64,000 nucleotides of DNA from Gammaproteobacteria bacterium (GTDB taxonomy: Bacteria; Pseudomonadota; Gammaproteobacteria; CAJXQU01), in the NCBI GenBank assembly GCA_965238175.1, contig CBDEGZ010000003.1, positions 2,464,001 to 2,528,000 on the forward strand, given 5' to 3'. Below, piece after piece: positions 8,903 through 20,087 of this stretch; within the stretch, counting starts at the first letter, position 1, and every line of letters starts with the position of its first letter. A program made the position numbers and the translations under genes. The notes under the pieces were generated by a model that did not search any database, had not been told where the DNA came from, and saw only the letters and a program-made list of their open reading frames with translations.

Positions 8903-10144
8903 GTGAAAAGTACGAACACAAAAATGAAGTTTATGTTCATCGAAAAACACAGCATGCAAAAATTAATACTTGTATTAGCAATTACAGCCACGCAAATACT
9001 ATCAGAAGAGTATGATTTTGTCGTTTCAACTGCACATGCTGAGGAAAAACAATGGTGGCCAACAAAGGTCAACGTTTTTAACCCGGCTTGCACGGATGGC
9101 GATGTCGCGTGTTGGACAGATCCGCGAAACGAATCAGCAAAGTTGGATCTGGTTGACTACCTCCCATTAATGTCTGACAAAGTAGCTAAAAAGCACCATA
9201 TATGCGTGTCATTCCCCCATCTGAAAGACTCTTATTGGGCAGGTGTTGCCTATGGTGTAATCACTGAAGGAAAGCGCCTTAAACAAAAAATCACGGTATT
9301 GGACGCAGGTGGCTACACCAACCTCGAAACACAACTAAACCAGGTCGAAGACTGCATTGCTAACGGTGCGGAAGCACTCATCATAGGGCCTATTTCAAGC
9401 AATGGAAATGCCAGGCAATTAGATGCGATTCGTGCGATGGGCATTCCAGTAATCGTCATTATTACCGGTATCAATACAGCGATTGACGCCTATTCGCTGC
9501 AAAGTTTTTACAACATGGGCTACGTTTCATGTAAGTGGATCGTTGATCAGCACCCAACTAGCAACGAAAAGGTAAGAGTCGTTTGGTTCCCAGGTCCTCC
9601 TGGAGCAGGGTGGTCCGTTGCCGGCGACAAAGGCTGCCGTGCAGCCGTACAAAATACTGAAGTTGAGATTATAGAAACGAGGTGGGGCGATGCCGGCAAA
9701 GCCATTCAGTTAAAACTGGTCGAGGACATATTACAAACGATGACCACTGGCGAGAAAGTAGAACTCGACTATATTGTTGGCACGGCTAGCACAATTGAAG
9801 GCGCTGTTGGTGCCATTCGCGAGAGAGGCCTTGAAGAGCAGGTCATGTTGGTGGCTTTTTACTACACTCCGGGTATGCACATTTACCTGAAACGTGGTGC
9901 CGTTGCAATGGCCCCTTCAGATCAAATGATCACTCAGGCGCGGATTGCCATCGACCAGGCAGTTCGGTTACTGGAAAATAAGGGAATGGCCACCGGCGGG
10001 CGGCCAGAATATAATGATACCGGTCGTCTGGTCGAGCATGTTCAGCCCCCACCCTTAATAGTTACCCCAGAGACCGTTGCTGATTTCGATACATCTACAA
10101 CACTTGCACCAAAGGGTTGGATACCGGTATTTTCGGTAGACTGA
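8903..10144 (+). CDS. torT: TorT-family periplasmic binding protein (TMAO-sensing-like)
   Basis: CVSFPHLKDSYW..YG, VLDAGGYTNL, FPGPPGAGW, WGDAGKAIQ and APSDQM..QARIAIDQAVR match TorT-family motifs. Start position uncertain. Confidence 0.75.
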   Translation: MKSTNTKMKFMFIEKHSMQKLILVLAITATQILSEEYDFVVSTAHAEEKQWWPTKVNVFNPACTDGDVACWTDPRNESAKLDLVDYLPLMSDKVAKKHHICVSFPHLKDSYWAGVAYGVITEGKRLKQKITVLDAGGYTNLETQLNQVEDCIANGAEALIIGPISSNGNARQLDAIRAMGIPVIVIITGINTAIDAYSLQSFYNMGYVSCKWIVDQHPTSNEKVRVVWFPGPPGAGWSVAGDKGCRAAVQNTEVEIIETRWGDAGKAIQLKLVEDILQTMTTGEKVELDYIVGTASTIEGAVGAIRERGLEEQVMLVAFYYTPGMHIYLKRGAVAMAPSDQMITQARIAIDQAVRLLENKGMATGGRPEYNDTGRLVEHVQPPPLIVTPETVADFDTSTTLAPKGWIPVFSVD

Positions 10145-10197
10145 TTCAGCCAAAGGCCCTAACTTAATATCGACAAAGCCAATGAGAGCAATGAAGA

Positions 10198-11820
10198 GTG
10201 AAGATCAGGCATAAAAAATCAAATATGTCTTCGACAATACAATACGAAAATGTATTGCCAACCAAATCGCAAAAAACTCAAACGCCCCCCATTTTGCGCC
10301 TAGAAGGTATTTCCAAACGATTTCCTGGCATGCTTGCATTAGATCACATCAACCTTGATATATGTCCTTGCGAAATCCATGCGTTATTTGGAGAAAATGG
10401 AGCCGGTAAATCGACACTGATTCAAATTATCGCTGGCGATATTCAACCGACGACAGGGAAGATTTTCCTAAACAATGAGGAATTAAAAATTCGCTCAGTC
10501 CACCATGCTCGCGAATTGGGTATTAGTGTCGTGTTTCAGGAATTTTCGTTAATCCCCCAACTAACTATTGAAGAGAATTTGTTTTTAGGTTCTGAAATGT
10601 TGATGGGGCCATTCCTCAAAAAAAAACGCCTCCGTCAGTTAGCCTGCGAAACGCTCGACCGCTTAGGATTTGCACTAAAACCTGAAACAAAAGTGATGCA
10701 CCTTTCGCGGGCAGAGCAGCAAATGGTTGAGATCGCCAAAGCATTCCGCACTAAGCCATCAATCATGATCCTTGACGAACCTACCGCATCGTTGACTGAG
10801 CAGGAGGCAAATCAGCTGTTTTTGATGATCGAAACCTTAAAGGAAGAAGGTATCGGAATCATCTATATCACGCACCGAACAAATGAAATTTATCGAATTT
10901 GTGATCGAATCACAATTTTACGTGATGGTAAGTGCATTTCGACAACATCTGTTGCTGAGATCAGTGAAGAAAAATTACTCGAATTGACGTTTGGTCGACA
11001 CATTGAGCAAGTATTCCCCAAAATTAACATGCAGCCCGGCAGGTTGTTATTGGACATCAAGGGGTTGACCCTGGCCAATCAAGTCGTTGATGACGTGTCG
11101 ATCAATGTTCGTGCCGGGGAAATCGTTGGTATTACTGGACTCGTGGGCTCGGGCAAATCCCAGGTTGGCCGGGCATGTTTTGGACTTAATAAAATACGAT
11201 CAGGCCATATTTCATACCTGGATGACAACGTTTATGACAGCGAGAAGCGTATCAACGATCTAAGCCCCAGAAGCATGTTGGATCGTGGGATGTTATATCT
11301 ACCTTCAGACAGGCGGGTTGAAGGTCTCGTGATGAGACATAACATTCGCGAAAACGTGACTCTCCCTTCACTTGGGTTGCCGAAATTCTCAAGAGGCTTA
11401 GGACTCCTGCTACATCGACAGAGAGAAATAGAAATAGTAGGAGAAGTCGCCCAACGACTTGGGCTTCATCCATTGAATATTGAAAGTTGTCTTGAGCACC
11501 TTTCTGGTGGAAATCAGCAAAAAGTAATGGTCGCAAAGAGTTTCGTGCGAGACGTTAAGCTGTTTATTCTGGATGAGCCAACTGTGGGAATCGATGTTGG
11601 CGCTCGGGCATCGATATATCAGCTAATCCGAGACGTTTGCGAAGCGGGTGCTGGTGTCTTACTCATTTCTTCAGACTTATCGGAAATTGTGAATTGGACA
11701 CACCGAGCTTACGTCATGCATCGCGGCAAATTACGGGCTGAACTGGCTAAAGACGAGCTCCAAGAGCAAACATTGCAGAGTTATTTTTTTGAAGTAAATG
11801 GGGAACATAATGATGAATAG
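10198..11820 (+). CDS. Sugar ABC transporter ATP-binding protein (RbsA-like)
   Basis: GENGAGKS, ILDEPTASL, LSGGNQQK, DEPTVGIDVGA. Confidence 0.93.
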   Translation: MKIRHKKSNMSSTIQYENVLPTKSQKTQTPPILRLEGISKRFPGMLALDHINLDICPCEIHALFGENGAGKSTLIQIIAGDIQPTTGKIFLNNEELKIRSVHHARELGISVVFQEFSLIPQLTIEENLFLGSEMLMGPFLKKKRLRQLACETLDRLGFALKPETKVMHLSRAEQQMVEIAKAFRTKPSIMILDEPTASLTEQEANQLFLMIETLKEEGIGIIYITHRTNEIYRICDRITILRDGKCISTTSVAEISEEKLLELTFGRHIEQVFPKINMQPGRLLLDIKGLTLANQVVDDVSINVRAGEIVGITGLVGSGKSQVGRACFGLNKIRSGHISYLDDNVYDSEKRINDLSPRSMLDRGMLYLPSDRRVEGLVMRHNIRENVTLPSLGLPKFSRGLGLLLHRQREIEIVGEVAQRLGLHPLNIESCLEHLSGGNQQKVMVAKSFVRDVKLFILDEPTVGIDVGARASIYQLIRDVCEAGAGVLLISSDLSEIVNWTHRAYVMHRGKLRAELAKDELQEQTLQSYFFEVNGEHNDE

Positions 11821-12856
11821 AGAATCGCTACAACAGCACCACTCTGGAGAATCAACAGGTGTAGCAGTCAACATAAAACGAGGCGCAACCGTGCTGTTCA
11901 TCAAGGGAGGCGTTTTACCCTGGTTCCTGGGCATTGCAGTACTCGGATTTGGTTTGTCTAATGAAAACTTCTTAACAGAAAGGAATCTATTCGGAGTTTC
12001 CCGACAATCAACATACCTCATTCTGGTGTCCATTGCGCAGATGATTGTAATGATGACGGCAGGCTTAGATCTTTCAGTGGGTGTGATGCTTGCCATGACA
12101 TCTGTCGTCTCATCAATAACTATGGTTTCATTATGGTCTGGGTATGGAACGGGTTGGGAGTCCGTGATTATCGGCTGCCTGGCAGGTCTTGGCGCCTGCG
12201 TCAGTATTGGCGCTATTAATGGTATTGGGGTGGCTATTTTTCGTGTACCCCCTTTTGTAATGACGCTGGGCATGTCATCCATTGTATTTGGTTTAGCTTT
12301 AACTATCACAGGGGGTACACCTATTTACGGCATCCCAGAGGCATTTGCTAATGTATTTGGCTATGGCGAAATGCTTGGGATACCAGTACCTGTGTGGATC
12401 ACTGCATTTTGCATCAGTGTGATGTATGTGTTCATTCACTGGACACCGATGGGCAGGTATCTTTACGCGATTGGTGGCAACATAAGAGCTGCTAGCCTTT
12501 CTGGGATCAACACACGTTTCTATTTGATTGGCGCCTATGTCATGTCTTCATTTATTACCGGTATTGCAGCTTTACTGCTTACTGCACGACTTGAAAGTGG
12601 TGAATCAAACCTTGGGGCAAATTACCCACTGCTTTCAATCGCAGCTTGTGCGATCGGTGGGGTAAGTTTATACGGTGGTGTCGGCCGTCTTTGGAATGTC
12701 GTGTTAGGAGCAATCTTCATCATCTTGATTCAAAACGGTATGAACATACTGCGCATCAATTCGTATCTGCAAATAGTCGTCATCGGTGTTCTTTTAATAG
12801 TGGCCATTATCGCAGACAATTTCCGTCAACAGTTGATTCTGACTACACACGAGTAG
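11810..12856 (+). CDS. Sugar ABC transporter permease (RbsC-like)
   Basis: GLDLSVG, RVPPFVMTLG, GRYLYAIGGN..AA.LSGI, IGGVSLYGGVG; multiple TM helices. Start lies between 11798 and 11813. Confidence 0.92.
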   Translation: MMNRESLQQHHSGESTGVAVNIKRGATVLFIKGGVLPWFLGIAVLGFGLSNENFLTERNLFGVSRQSTYLILVSIAQMIVMMTAGLDLSVGVMLAMTSVVSSITMVSLWSGYGTGWESVIIGCLAGLGACVSIGAINGIGVAIFRVPPFVMTLGMSSIVFGLALTITGGTPIYGIPEAFANVFGYGEMLGIPVPVWITAFCISVMYVFIHWTPMGRYLYAIGGNIRAASLSGINTRFYLIGAYVMSSFITGIAALLLTARLESGESNLGANYPLLSIAACAIGGVSLYGGVGRLWNVVLGAIFIILIQNGMNILRINSYLQIVVIGVLLIVAIIADNFRQQLILTTHE

Positions 12857-13113
12857 TTATCCTTATACTTGATCATACGGAAAATGCCGTCGTAACCAAC
12901 CGGATATTTGTTAAGGTTAATCTGGATTCATCATATTCTGACAATAACCCTGTCAAAAATTCGTTAAGTTCTCCAGGCCACAACATACTTTAAGCCAAGG
13001 AAGTAAAACTATTATTAGGACTAACTAATTCAAAGAATACGCTTGAAACACTTGATTTCCATTTTAGCTCACAAAATAAACAACATAGCTTTCTCTTTTG
13101 TCGAATAATTGGT

Positions 13114-13127
13114 TACAATACGCGGCT
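13114..13127 (+). promoter_or_regulatory. Putative sigma70 -10 box (TACAAT) with GC-rich discriminator for fusA
   Basis: TACAAT-ACGCGGC about 100 nt upstream of fusA. The -35 element is poor. Confidence 0.4.
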
Positions 13128-13219
13128 TTTTGGAGCATCAGCTGTCCGTTTAAACTCGATCATGGGCGACTGAACGGATTTTATTACTAATTAACATACT
13201 TTATTGAGTACGACTGACT

Positions 13220-15304
13220 ATGACTGATTTAGCGCTTTATCGAAATATTGGTATCTTTGCCCACGTGGATGCGGGTAAAACCACCACTTCTGAACGTATT
13301 CTTAGCCTGACAGGTAAAATCCATAAAATTGGTGAGGTGCATGATGGTGAAGCGACGACTGATTTCATGGATCAAGAACGTGAGCGCGGGATCACCATTC
13401 AATCAGCTGCAACCAGTTGTGTATGGAATAATCACCGCCTAAACATCATCGATACTCCAGGACACGTTGACTTCACAATCGAAGTTTACCGTTCACTTAA
13501 AGTCCTTGACGGCGGTATTGGCGTATTCTGTGGTTCAGGTGGTGTTGAACCGCAGTCTGAAACAAACTGGCGTTATGCAAATGATTCAGAAGTTGCTCGT
13601 GTCATTTTGGTCAATAAACTTGATCGAATGGGTGCTGATTTCTACCGTGTGGTTGATCAAGTTAAGAAGGTTCTCGGCGCAAACCCTCTCGTCATGGTGC
13701 TTCCTATCGGTATCGAAGAGGATTTTGTTGGGATTGTTGATCTACTCACTCGTAAAGCTTGGATTTGGGATGATTCAAGTGATCCAATGAAATATAGACT
13801 TGAAGATGTTCCTGCAGACATGGCTGACAAAGTCGAAGAGTACCGCACTGAACTGATTGAACTGGTCATTGAACAAGATGACGACGTAATGGGGAAATAC
13901 CTCGAAGGTGAAGAACCAGATATAGATACGATTAAACGATTGATCAGAAAAGGTACTATTGCATTAGATTTCTTCCCCACTTACTGCGGATCAGCTTTTA
14001 AAAACAAAGGCGTCCAATTGGTACTTGATGCGGTTGTTGACTATCTGCCTAACCCAATGGAAGTTAAACCTCAGCCAGAAGTTGATTTGGAAGGTAACGA
14101 AACCGGAAACTTTGCGATCGTTGATGCGGACAAACCATTGCGAGCATTAGCATTCAAAATTATGGATGACCGTTTTGGAGCCCTGACGTTCGTTCGTGTT
14201 TATTCAGGTAAGCTTGAAAAAGGTATGACCGTTCTTAATACAGCAACTGGCAAAACAGAACGTATTGGACGTATGGTTGAAATGCATGCTGATGAACGTA
14301 TCGAACTCGATTCGGCACAAGCTGGCGACATTATTGCTGTTGTTGGTATGAAAAACGTTCAAACGGGTCATACACTATGTGATCCGAAAGATCCTGCGAC
14401 ACTTGAACCAATGGTCTTCCCTGATCCGGTTATTTCGATTGCGATTTCACCTAAAGATAAAGCCGCTTCAGAAAAAATGGGCGTAGCTCTAGGTAAAATG
14501 ATTCAGGAAGATCCTTCTTTCCGCGTCAACACTGATGAAGAAAGTGGTGAAACAATTCTACGTGGTATGGGTGAACTGCATCTCGATATTAAGATCGATA
14601 TTCTTAAGCGTACACATGGTGTTGAAGTTGAAGTCGGTAAACCTCAAGTTGCTTACCGTGAAACAATTACACAACGTATCGAAGATAGCTACACGCACAA
14701 AAAACAAACTGGTGGTTCAGGTCAATTTGCAAAAATTGATTATGTCATCGAACCAGGTGAACCAGGCAGTGGATATGAATTTAAATCTACCGTCACCGGT
14801 GGTAATGTTCCGCGAGAATTTTGGCCTGCAGTGGATAAAGGTTTCAAATCTATGCTCGACAATGGCGTGTTAGCAGGCTTCCCTTGTCTTGATTTTAAAA
14901 TAACGTTAACTGATGGTGGTTTCCATGCGGTTGACTCCTCTGCTGTTGCTTACGAACTTGCTTCAAGAAGTGCTTTTCGTCAATCAATCCCTAAAGCGGG
15001 ACCACAACTGCTTGAGCCGATCATGAAAGTTGACGTGTTTACACCAGAAGATCACGTTGGTGATGTTATTGGTGATCTTAATCGTCGTCGAGGCATGATC
15101 AAATCTCAAGATGCTGGCCCTACCGGTGTTCGTATCAAAGCAGATGTGCCATTGAGTGATATGTTTGGTTACATTGGTGACTTGCGTACGATGACTTCTG
15201 GTCGTGGTCAATTCTCTATGGAGTTCTCACACTACATGCCCTGTCCTAAAAACGTTGCTGACGAAGTTATTAAAGAAGTTCAGGAACGCAACGCAAGTAA
15301 GTAG
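13220..15304 (+). CDS. fusA: Elongation factor G (stand-alone, outside the str operon)
   Basis: [53 protein letters not shown]. Confidence 0.97.
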   Translation: MTDLALYRNIGIFAHVDAGKTTTSERILSLTGKIHKIGEVHDGEATTDFMDQERERGITIQSAATSCVWNNHRLNIIDTPGHVDFTIEVYRSLKVLDGGIGVFCGSGGVEPQSETNWRYANDSEVARVILVNKLDRMGADFYRVVDQVKKVLGANPLVMVLPIGIEEDFVGIVDLLTRKAWIWDDSSDPMKYRLEDVPADMADKVEEYRTELIELVIEQDDDVMGKYLEGEEPDIDTIKRLIRKGTIALDFFPTYCGSAFKNKGVQLVLDAVVDYLPNPMEVKPQPEVDLEGNETGNFAIVDADKPLRALAFKIMDDRFGALTFVRVYSGKLEKGMTVLNTATGKTERIGRMVEMHADERIELDSAQAGDIIAVVGMKNVQTGHTLCDPKDPATLEPMVFPDPVISIAISPKDKAASEKMGVALGKMIQEDPSFRVNTDEESGETILRGMGELHLDIKIDILKRTHGVEVEVGKPQVAYRETITQRIEDSYTHKKQTGGSGQFAKIDYVIEPGEPGSGYEFKSTVTGGNVPREFWPAVDKGFKSMLDNGVLAGFPCLDFKITLTDGGFHAVDSSAVAYELASRSAFRQSIPKAGPQLLEPIMKVDVFTPEDHVGDVIGDLNRRRGMIKSQDAGPTGVRIKADVPLSDMFGYIGDLRTMTSGRGQFSMEFSHYMPCPKNVADEVIKEVQERNASK

Positions 15305-15336
15305 TTGAATCAATATTATTGATCTCAGCTTTTCAC

Positions 15337-15393
15337 AGGGATCGTTTATCAATTTGATCAAAAGATCGGGTTGATAGCGATCCCTTTTTATTT
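15337..15393 (+). terminator. Rho-independent terminator after fusA
   Basis: Long stem AGGGATCGTTTATCAA..TTGATAGCGATCCCT followed by TTTTATTT. Confidence 0.8.
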
Positions 15394-16617
15394 ATGACGG
15401 ATAAAAACATTCATATAGATGTTTTGATAATTGGAGCCAGTGCTTCGGGTTTAATGTGTGCGATAGAAGCTGGAAAGCGTGGTCGTAAAGTTACCGTGTT
15501 GGACCATGCAAACAAAGCCGGAAAAAAGATTTTAATGTCAGGTGGCGGTCGTTGTAATTTTACAAACATGGAAGTGACTGCGGAAAATTATCTTTCTCAT
15601 AATCGACACTTTTGCAAATCGGCGCTTAGTCGATATACACAGTGGGATTTTATTTCATTGGTTGACCAATATAAAATTCCCTATCACGAGCGTTCTCATG
15701 GACAACTTTTTTGTGATGACAGCGCGAAAGACATTCTTAATATGCTGTTCGAAGAATGTAAAAAAAATCACGTTCAAATTCATCTAAATTGTAATATTGA
15801 GCAGGTTAGTAAAAACCAACAAGATCAGTTTGTCATTATTACATCACAAGAAAAATTCGATCAAAAATTTATATCTAAGTCTTTGGTGATCGCTACAGGC
15901 GGTCTTTCGATTCCGAAGATGGGAGCAAGCTCATTTGGTTATAAAATTGCTGAACAATTTGATCATAAGGTTTGGTCAGTTTCCGCTGGATTGGTGCCGT
16001 TTACATTACAGCCAGAAGATAAAGAGAGCCTGTCAGAATTATCGGGTATTGCCATCAATAGTATAGCTAAAAACAAACCTATGGAAAATCAAGATGAGAT
16101 CCAATTCAAAGAAAATATTCTCTTTACCCATAGAGGGTTAAGTGGGCCTGCGATTCTACAAATTTCTTCTTATTGGAAACCGGGTGAAGCCGTTGAACTA
16201 AATTTATTACCCGAAATAGATTTGATTGATTTTCTAAAACAACGACAAACAGATCGGCCCAATACAAAAATAAAAAAAGTTCTTGGTGAAATGTTACCAC
16301 AACGATTATTGGTTAAATTACTCGGTGAAGAAAAGGTTGATCAACCATTGCAAAGCTTTTCACATGCGTCGTTTAAAACACTGATTGGGCAATTACAAAA
16401 CTGGAATATTAAACCTAATGGAACTGAAGGTTATCGAACGGCTGAAGTCACATTAGGTGGTGTAGATTGCGATGAGCTTTCATCAAAAACAATGGCATCA
16501 AAAAAAGTCACTGGCTTGTACTTTATTGGTGAAGTTGTTGATGTTACTGGTTGGTTAGGCGGCTATAATTTTCAATGGGCCTGGTCATCCGGTTGGTCTG
16601 CTGGACAAGTAGTCTAG
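15394..16617 (+). CDS. HI0933/YhiN-family flavoprotein oxidoreductase
   Basis: GKKILMSGGGRCNFTN, ATGGLSIPKMG, LFTHRGLSGPAILQ, GEVVDVTGWLGGYNFQWAWSSG. Confidence 0.93.
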   Translation: MTDKNIHIDVLIIGASASGLMCAIEAGKRGRKVTVLDHANKAGKKILMSGGGRCNFTNMEVTAENYLSHNRHFCKSALSRYTQWDFISLVDQYKIPYHERSHGQLFCDDSAKDILNMLFEECKKNHVQIHLNCNIEQVSKNQQDQFVIITSQEKFDQKFISKSLVIATGGLSIPKMGASSFGYKIAEQFDHKVWSVSAGLVPFTLQPEDKESLSELSGIAINSIAKNKPMENQDEIQFKENILFTHRGLSGPAILQISSYWKPGEAVELNLLPEIDLIDFLKQRQTDRPNTKIKKVLGEMLPQRLLVKLLGEEKVDQPLQSFSHASFKTLIGQLQNWNIKPNGTEGYRTAEVTLGGVDCDELSSKTMASKKVTGLYFIGEVVDVTGWLGGYNFQWAWSSGWSAGQVV

Positions 16618-16638
16618 TTAGTAAATAATAAATTCAGT

Positions 16639-17823
16639 TTATAGTTTTCCTTCCAATGCTGCCATCCCACCAGGAAGATCTACATTTGCACCTAGTGTTT
16701 TCAAACTGGATCCTAAAGCATGCAGTGTCCGGAATAAATGATGCTCACGGCTTTGCTCGCCCATTTGTCCAATACGAATAATATTTAGACCAAAGGATAC
16801 AGAAATTTCCACACGATACTCTCGTGACATATGTGCGATGAGATCAGCTGCCTTAATATTTTCTGGTACGTTTATTCCAACAACTGAATTTAAACGCGCC
16901 TCTGGCTCTACAAACAAGCTTAATCCTAAAGTCTCAACCCCAGTTTGTAGTGCGATGGAGCATCTAAGATGTCGATCAAAACGTTTATCTAGTGTTTCTA
17001 AACAAATCAATCGTAAGGCTTCATGCATGGCTAGAATGCCAGAAACCGGCGCCGTATAGTGATAAGCTTTTTTGTACCAAAATTGATGCGCGAGCATTGC
17101 ATCCAGACACCAGTGATGCAGTTTGTCAGTACGTGATTCGATCAAGCTCCAGGCCAAATCAGAAAACGCGACCAGTGATACACCGGGTATAGAAGACAAG
17201 CCCTTTTGACCGCCAGTGATAACAGCATCAACTCCCCATCCGTCCATGTCTAATTGCATTGTGCTTAAGGTACAAACGGCATCAACAATCACCACACAAT
17301 CGTGCTTGTGTGCCAGGCTGGAAATTTTTGGCAGGTAGCGATTATATGTAGTATTAGACGTTTCTCCTTGCACAATCGTAAGTACTCGAGGTTTGTGTTC
17401 GATCAAATATTTCTCGACCAATACCACACTGGCTGTTTGACAGTTTTCGATTTCCAGTCTGATTACCTCCCCCGTTACACGTTCAGCCATTTCAGCAAGC
17501 CTTGAACTAAAAAAACCATTGCAGATACTTAAGACTTTTGCTCCGGGCTCTACTATATTCACCACGGCCATTTCCATAGCAGCCGATCCTGGACCTGCTA
17601 CACCAAGAATATGTCGAGATTCTGTTTGAAACACATAGCGCGACATCGCTTTAACCTGCTCAATAACTTGAGACATGGTTTCTCCTAAATGATTAATTAC
17701 GATGGAGTTCGCTGCGGCTACCCGTTCAGGAATCGGAACAGGTCCAGCTCCCATCATAAGTAAAGGTTCTTCAGGAAGGAGGGTATCGAGTGGAGTAATA
17801 TTTAGAGGAACGGGTATATTCAT
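16639..17823 (-). CDS. Class V PLP aminotransferase (alanine-glyoxylate / PucG-like)
   Basis: LMMGAGP, GSAAME, VQGETS, VDAV, TGGQK (PLP lysine), YHYTAP. Confidence 0.88.
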   Translation of the reverse strand: MNIPVPLNITPLDTLLPEEPLLMMGAGPVPIPERVAAANSIVINHLGETMSQVIEQVKAMSRYVFQTESRHILGVAGPGSAAMEMAVVNIVEPGAKVLSICNGFFSSRLAEMAERVTGEVIRLEIENCQTASVVLVEKYLIEHKPRVLTIVQGETSNTTYNRYLPKISSLAHKHDCVVIVDAVCTLSTMQLDMDGWGVDAVITGGQKGLSSIPGVSLVAFSDLAWSLIESRTDKLHHWCLDAMLAHQFWYKKAYHYTAPVSGILAMHEALRLICLETLDKRFDRHLRCSIALQTGVETLGLSLFVEPEARLNSVVGINVPENIKAADLIAHMSREYRVEISVSFGLNIIRIGQMGEQSREHHLFRTLHALGSSLKTLGANVDLPGGMAALEGKL

Positions 17824-18009
17824 TTTTGTATATTATATTTAATAATTGATCTTATTTTTTTATTTAAAACAAACAATAAATATACCATACAAACCAACTC
17901 TCAGATGTCAAATTTACTGAAATCCATCTAATTTCACATCAATAAATGTTTAACTTAGTTTATGGCTATAATGGATGAGACTTTCAAAATCATTTTCAAT
18001 TAAAAAAAT

Positions 18010-18763
18010 AATGACTCTCATCTTAGAAGAACTTGGCTATCAAAAAACACCTCTGGGCGAAATCAGTCTACGAAGAAGATCAGAACCCCGGTTAGACAAC
18101 AAAATACTCTATGAAGTGAAACTCAATGATGAGTTTTTGATGTCCAGCCTTTTCACTGAGGCTGAAATTCAGCTTGCTAAATTAGGATTGAATGCACTTA
18201 AAGACAAAGCAAGTGATGAACACGCTGATCAGAAATTAGATATTGTTGTTGGTGGTTTAGGGTTGGGCTATACTGCAGCTGCAGTGCTTGAAGATCCATC
18301 AGTTAAATCTTTGACTGTGATAGATGTGATGGAGCCCGTTATTGAATGGCATCAGAAAGGTCTTGTTCCACTTGGTGAAAAACTAACATCTGATACACGA
18401 TGCACCCTACTCCATGCGGACTTTTTTAAGCTTGCTATGGCTGATAGTGGAAGTTTCGATCAAAATAATCCCGATCAAAAAGCGCATGCGCTTTTACTTG
18501 ATATTGATCATTCACCAAGCCACTGGTTGAATTCAGAAAACAGTCAATTTTATACGGAAAAAAGTTTGAATAATCTTGCCGATAAGATCCATCCGGGTGG
18601 TCTCTTTGGACTTTGGTCAAATGATCCACCTGAAAGTGAATTTATCACATTACTGGAATCAGTTTTTGAATCTTCATCATCGCATATAATTACCTTTCCA
18701 AATCCCTATACGGGTGCTGAATCGACGAATACCGTTTATCTTGCTCTTAAATCACATGCTTAA
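18010..18763 (+). CDS. Spermidine-synthase-like SAM-dependent methyltransferase
   Basis: VGGLGLGYTA SAM-binding loop, LLDIDHSP, GLWSND. Alternative start at 17975. Confidence 0.8.
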
Positions 18764-18781
18764 TTTTGGCTAATATTTCCG

Positions 18782-19336
18782 ATGATTAATAAAGGAGTTG
18801 ATTTTGAAATAGACAAGATTAAAGCTTGGCTAGATAAAATTGTGATCGGTTTAAACTTTTGTCCTTTTGCAGCAAAACCATACTGCAATAAACAAATACG
18901 ATTTGTCACCAGCAAGGCAAACACAGAAGAATCGCTATTGATAGATTTGCAAGATGAATTAGCTCTATTAGAGAAAAAACCTGCTTCTGAAATAGAAACC
19001 ACCTTAATCATCGTCCCTGAAATATTGTCTGTATTTGAAGACTACAATCAGTTCCTGGATTTAGCAGATCAACTTTTGATCGAATTTGAATGGGAAGGGA
19101 TCTTTCAAGTAGCCAGTTTTCATCCAGATTATTGCTTTGCAGATACTCCATCCGATTCTTTAGAGAATCTCACTAACCGCTCGCCCTACCCCATCTTGCA
19201 TATACTCCGTGAGAGTAGTGTGGAAAATGCTGTCAATAAAATTACAGAGCCCGACGAAATCTATAAAAGTAATATTAAGGCAGTGAATAATTTATCAACA
19301 GAGCAAATTAAGGATCTATTTCATTATTTAAAATAG
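18782..19336 (+). CDS. DUF1415 family protein
   Basis: VIGLNFCPFA, QVASFHPDY.F, NRSPYPILHILRE. Confidence 0.88.
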   Translation: MINKGVDFEIDKIKAWLDKIVIGLNFCPFAAKPYCNKQIRFVTSKANTEESLLIDLQDELALLEKKPASEIETTLIIVPEILSVFEDYNQFLDLADQLLIEFEWEGIFQVASFHPDYCFADTPSDSLENLTNRSPYPILHILRESSVENAVNKITEPDEIYKSNIKAVNNLSTEQIKDLFHYLK

Positions 19337-19681
19337 GTATTGATTTAAATTCCTGGTAACCAGTGTTGTAGTTGATGATCCTAAGGTTTAGAGAATTAAG
19401 CTCCAATCTTAACTGCTAATATTGATCTGAGTAGATGTAATCTTGAAATTCAGGTTCAGCAAACGTAACATTTTAGATAAAAAAACTAAAAATGAAATAT
19501 GAATTTTCAATTTGATCTCCTCAACTTGTCTTTCATTTGGATAGCATCTTTTTTCCCACAACAACATAGCCAACGATAGGGTTATCAATGCTTTTTTCAT
19601 TGATATGATTTGTTGAAGTTTAATATGACTAATTATTATAAAATAATTCATTCTAAATCAATTGAAAATGACCTGTCTATT

Positions 19682-20068
19682 TCAGGTATTTCTAATAACC
19701 TTCATATTTTCTATCATTTGTTTCAATGTCATCAGAACATTACCCTTCACTTTATTATCAACATTCAAATTTGTTAGCGCGGTTTCCATACAATAGATCC
19801 ATTGCTGACTAAGTGATTCGTTTAGATCCACACGACTATGCCGTAATTCAAGCCATTCACTATTGATGTATTTATCGTTGAATATCTCTGGGCCACCGAA
19901 CCAATGTGTTAAAAAACGATAGAGGTTCTTTCGGGTTGAAATGAGTTTTTTTGGATGTAAGTCTCGCAGCTCTTTTGCATAAGAATCATTTTCCATAACA
20001 TCGTAAAATTCATTCACTAAGGTTTTAATCGCAGACATTCCACCTAATTGATCAAATATATTATTCAT
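19682..20068 (-). CDS. Group II truncated hemoglobin
   Basis: LGG..IKTLVNEFYD, FLTHWFGGP, LRH (proximal His), W..CM..AL. Confidence 0.85.
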   Translation of the reverse strand: MNNIFDQLGGMSAIKTLVNEFYDVMENDSYAKELRDLHPKKLISTRKNLYRFLTHWFGGPEIFNDKYINSEWLELRHSRVDLNESLSQQWIYCMETALTNLNVDNKVKGNVLMTLKQMIENMKVIRNT

Positions 20069-20087
20069 ACTAGTATGAAATATTTAT

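Noticed and set aside
19409-19651. 80-aa ORF with a signal-like MKKALITLSLAML stretch, and a nearby AATTCAGGTT resembling the MITE end
   Set aside because: No family recognised, and the match to the terminal repeat is too short and has no partner.
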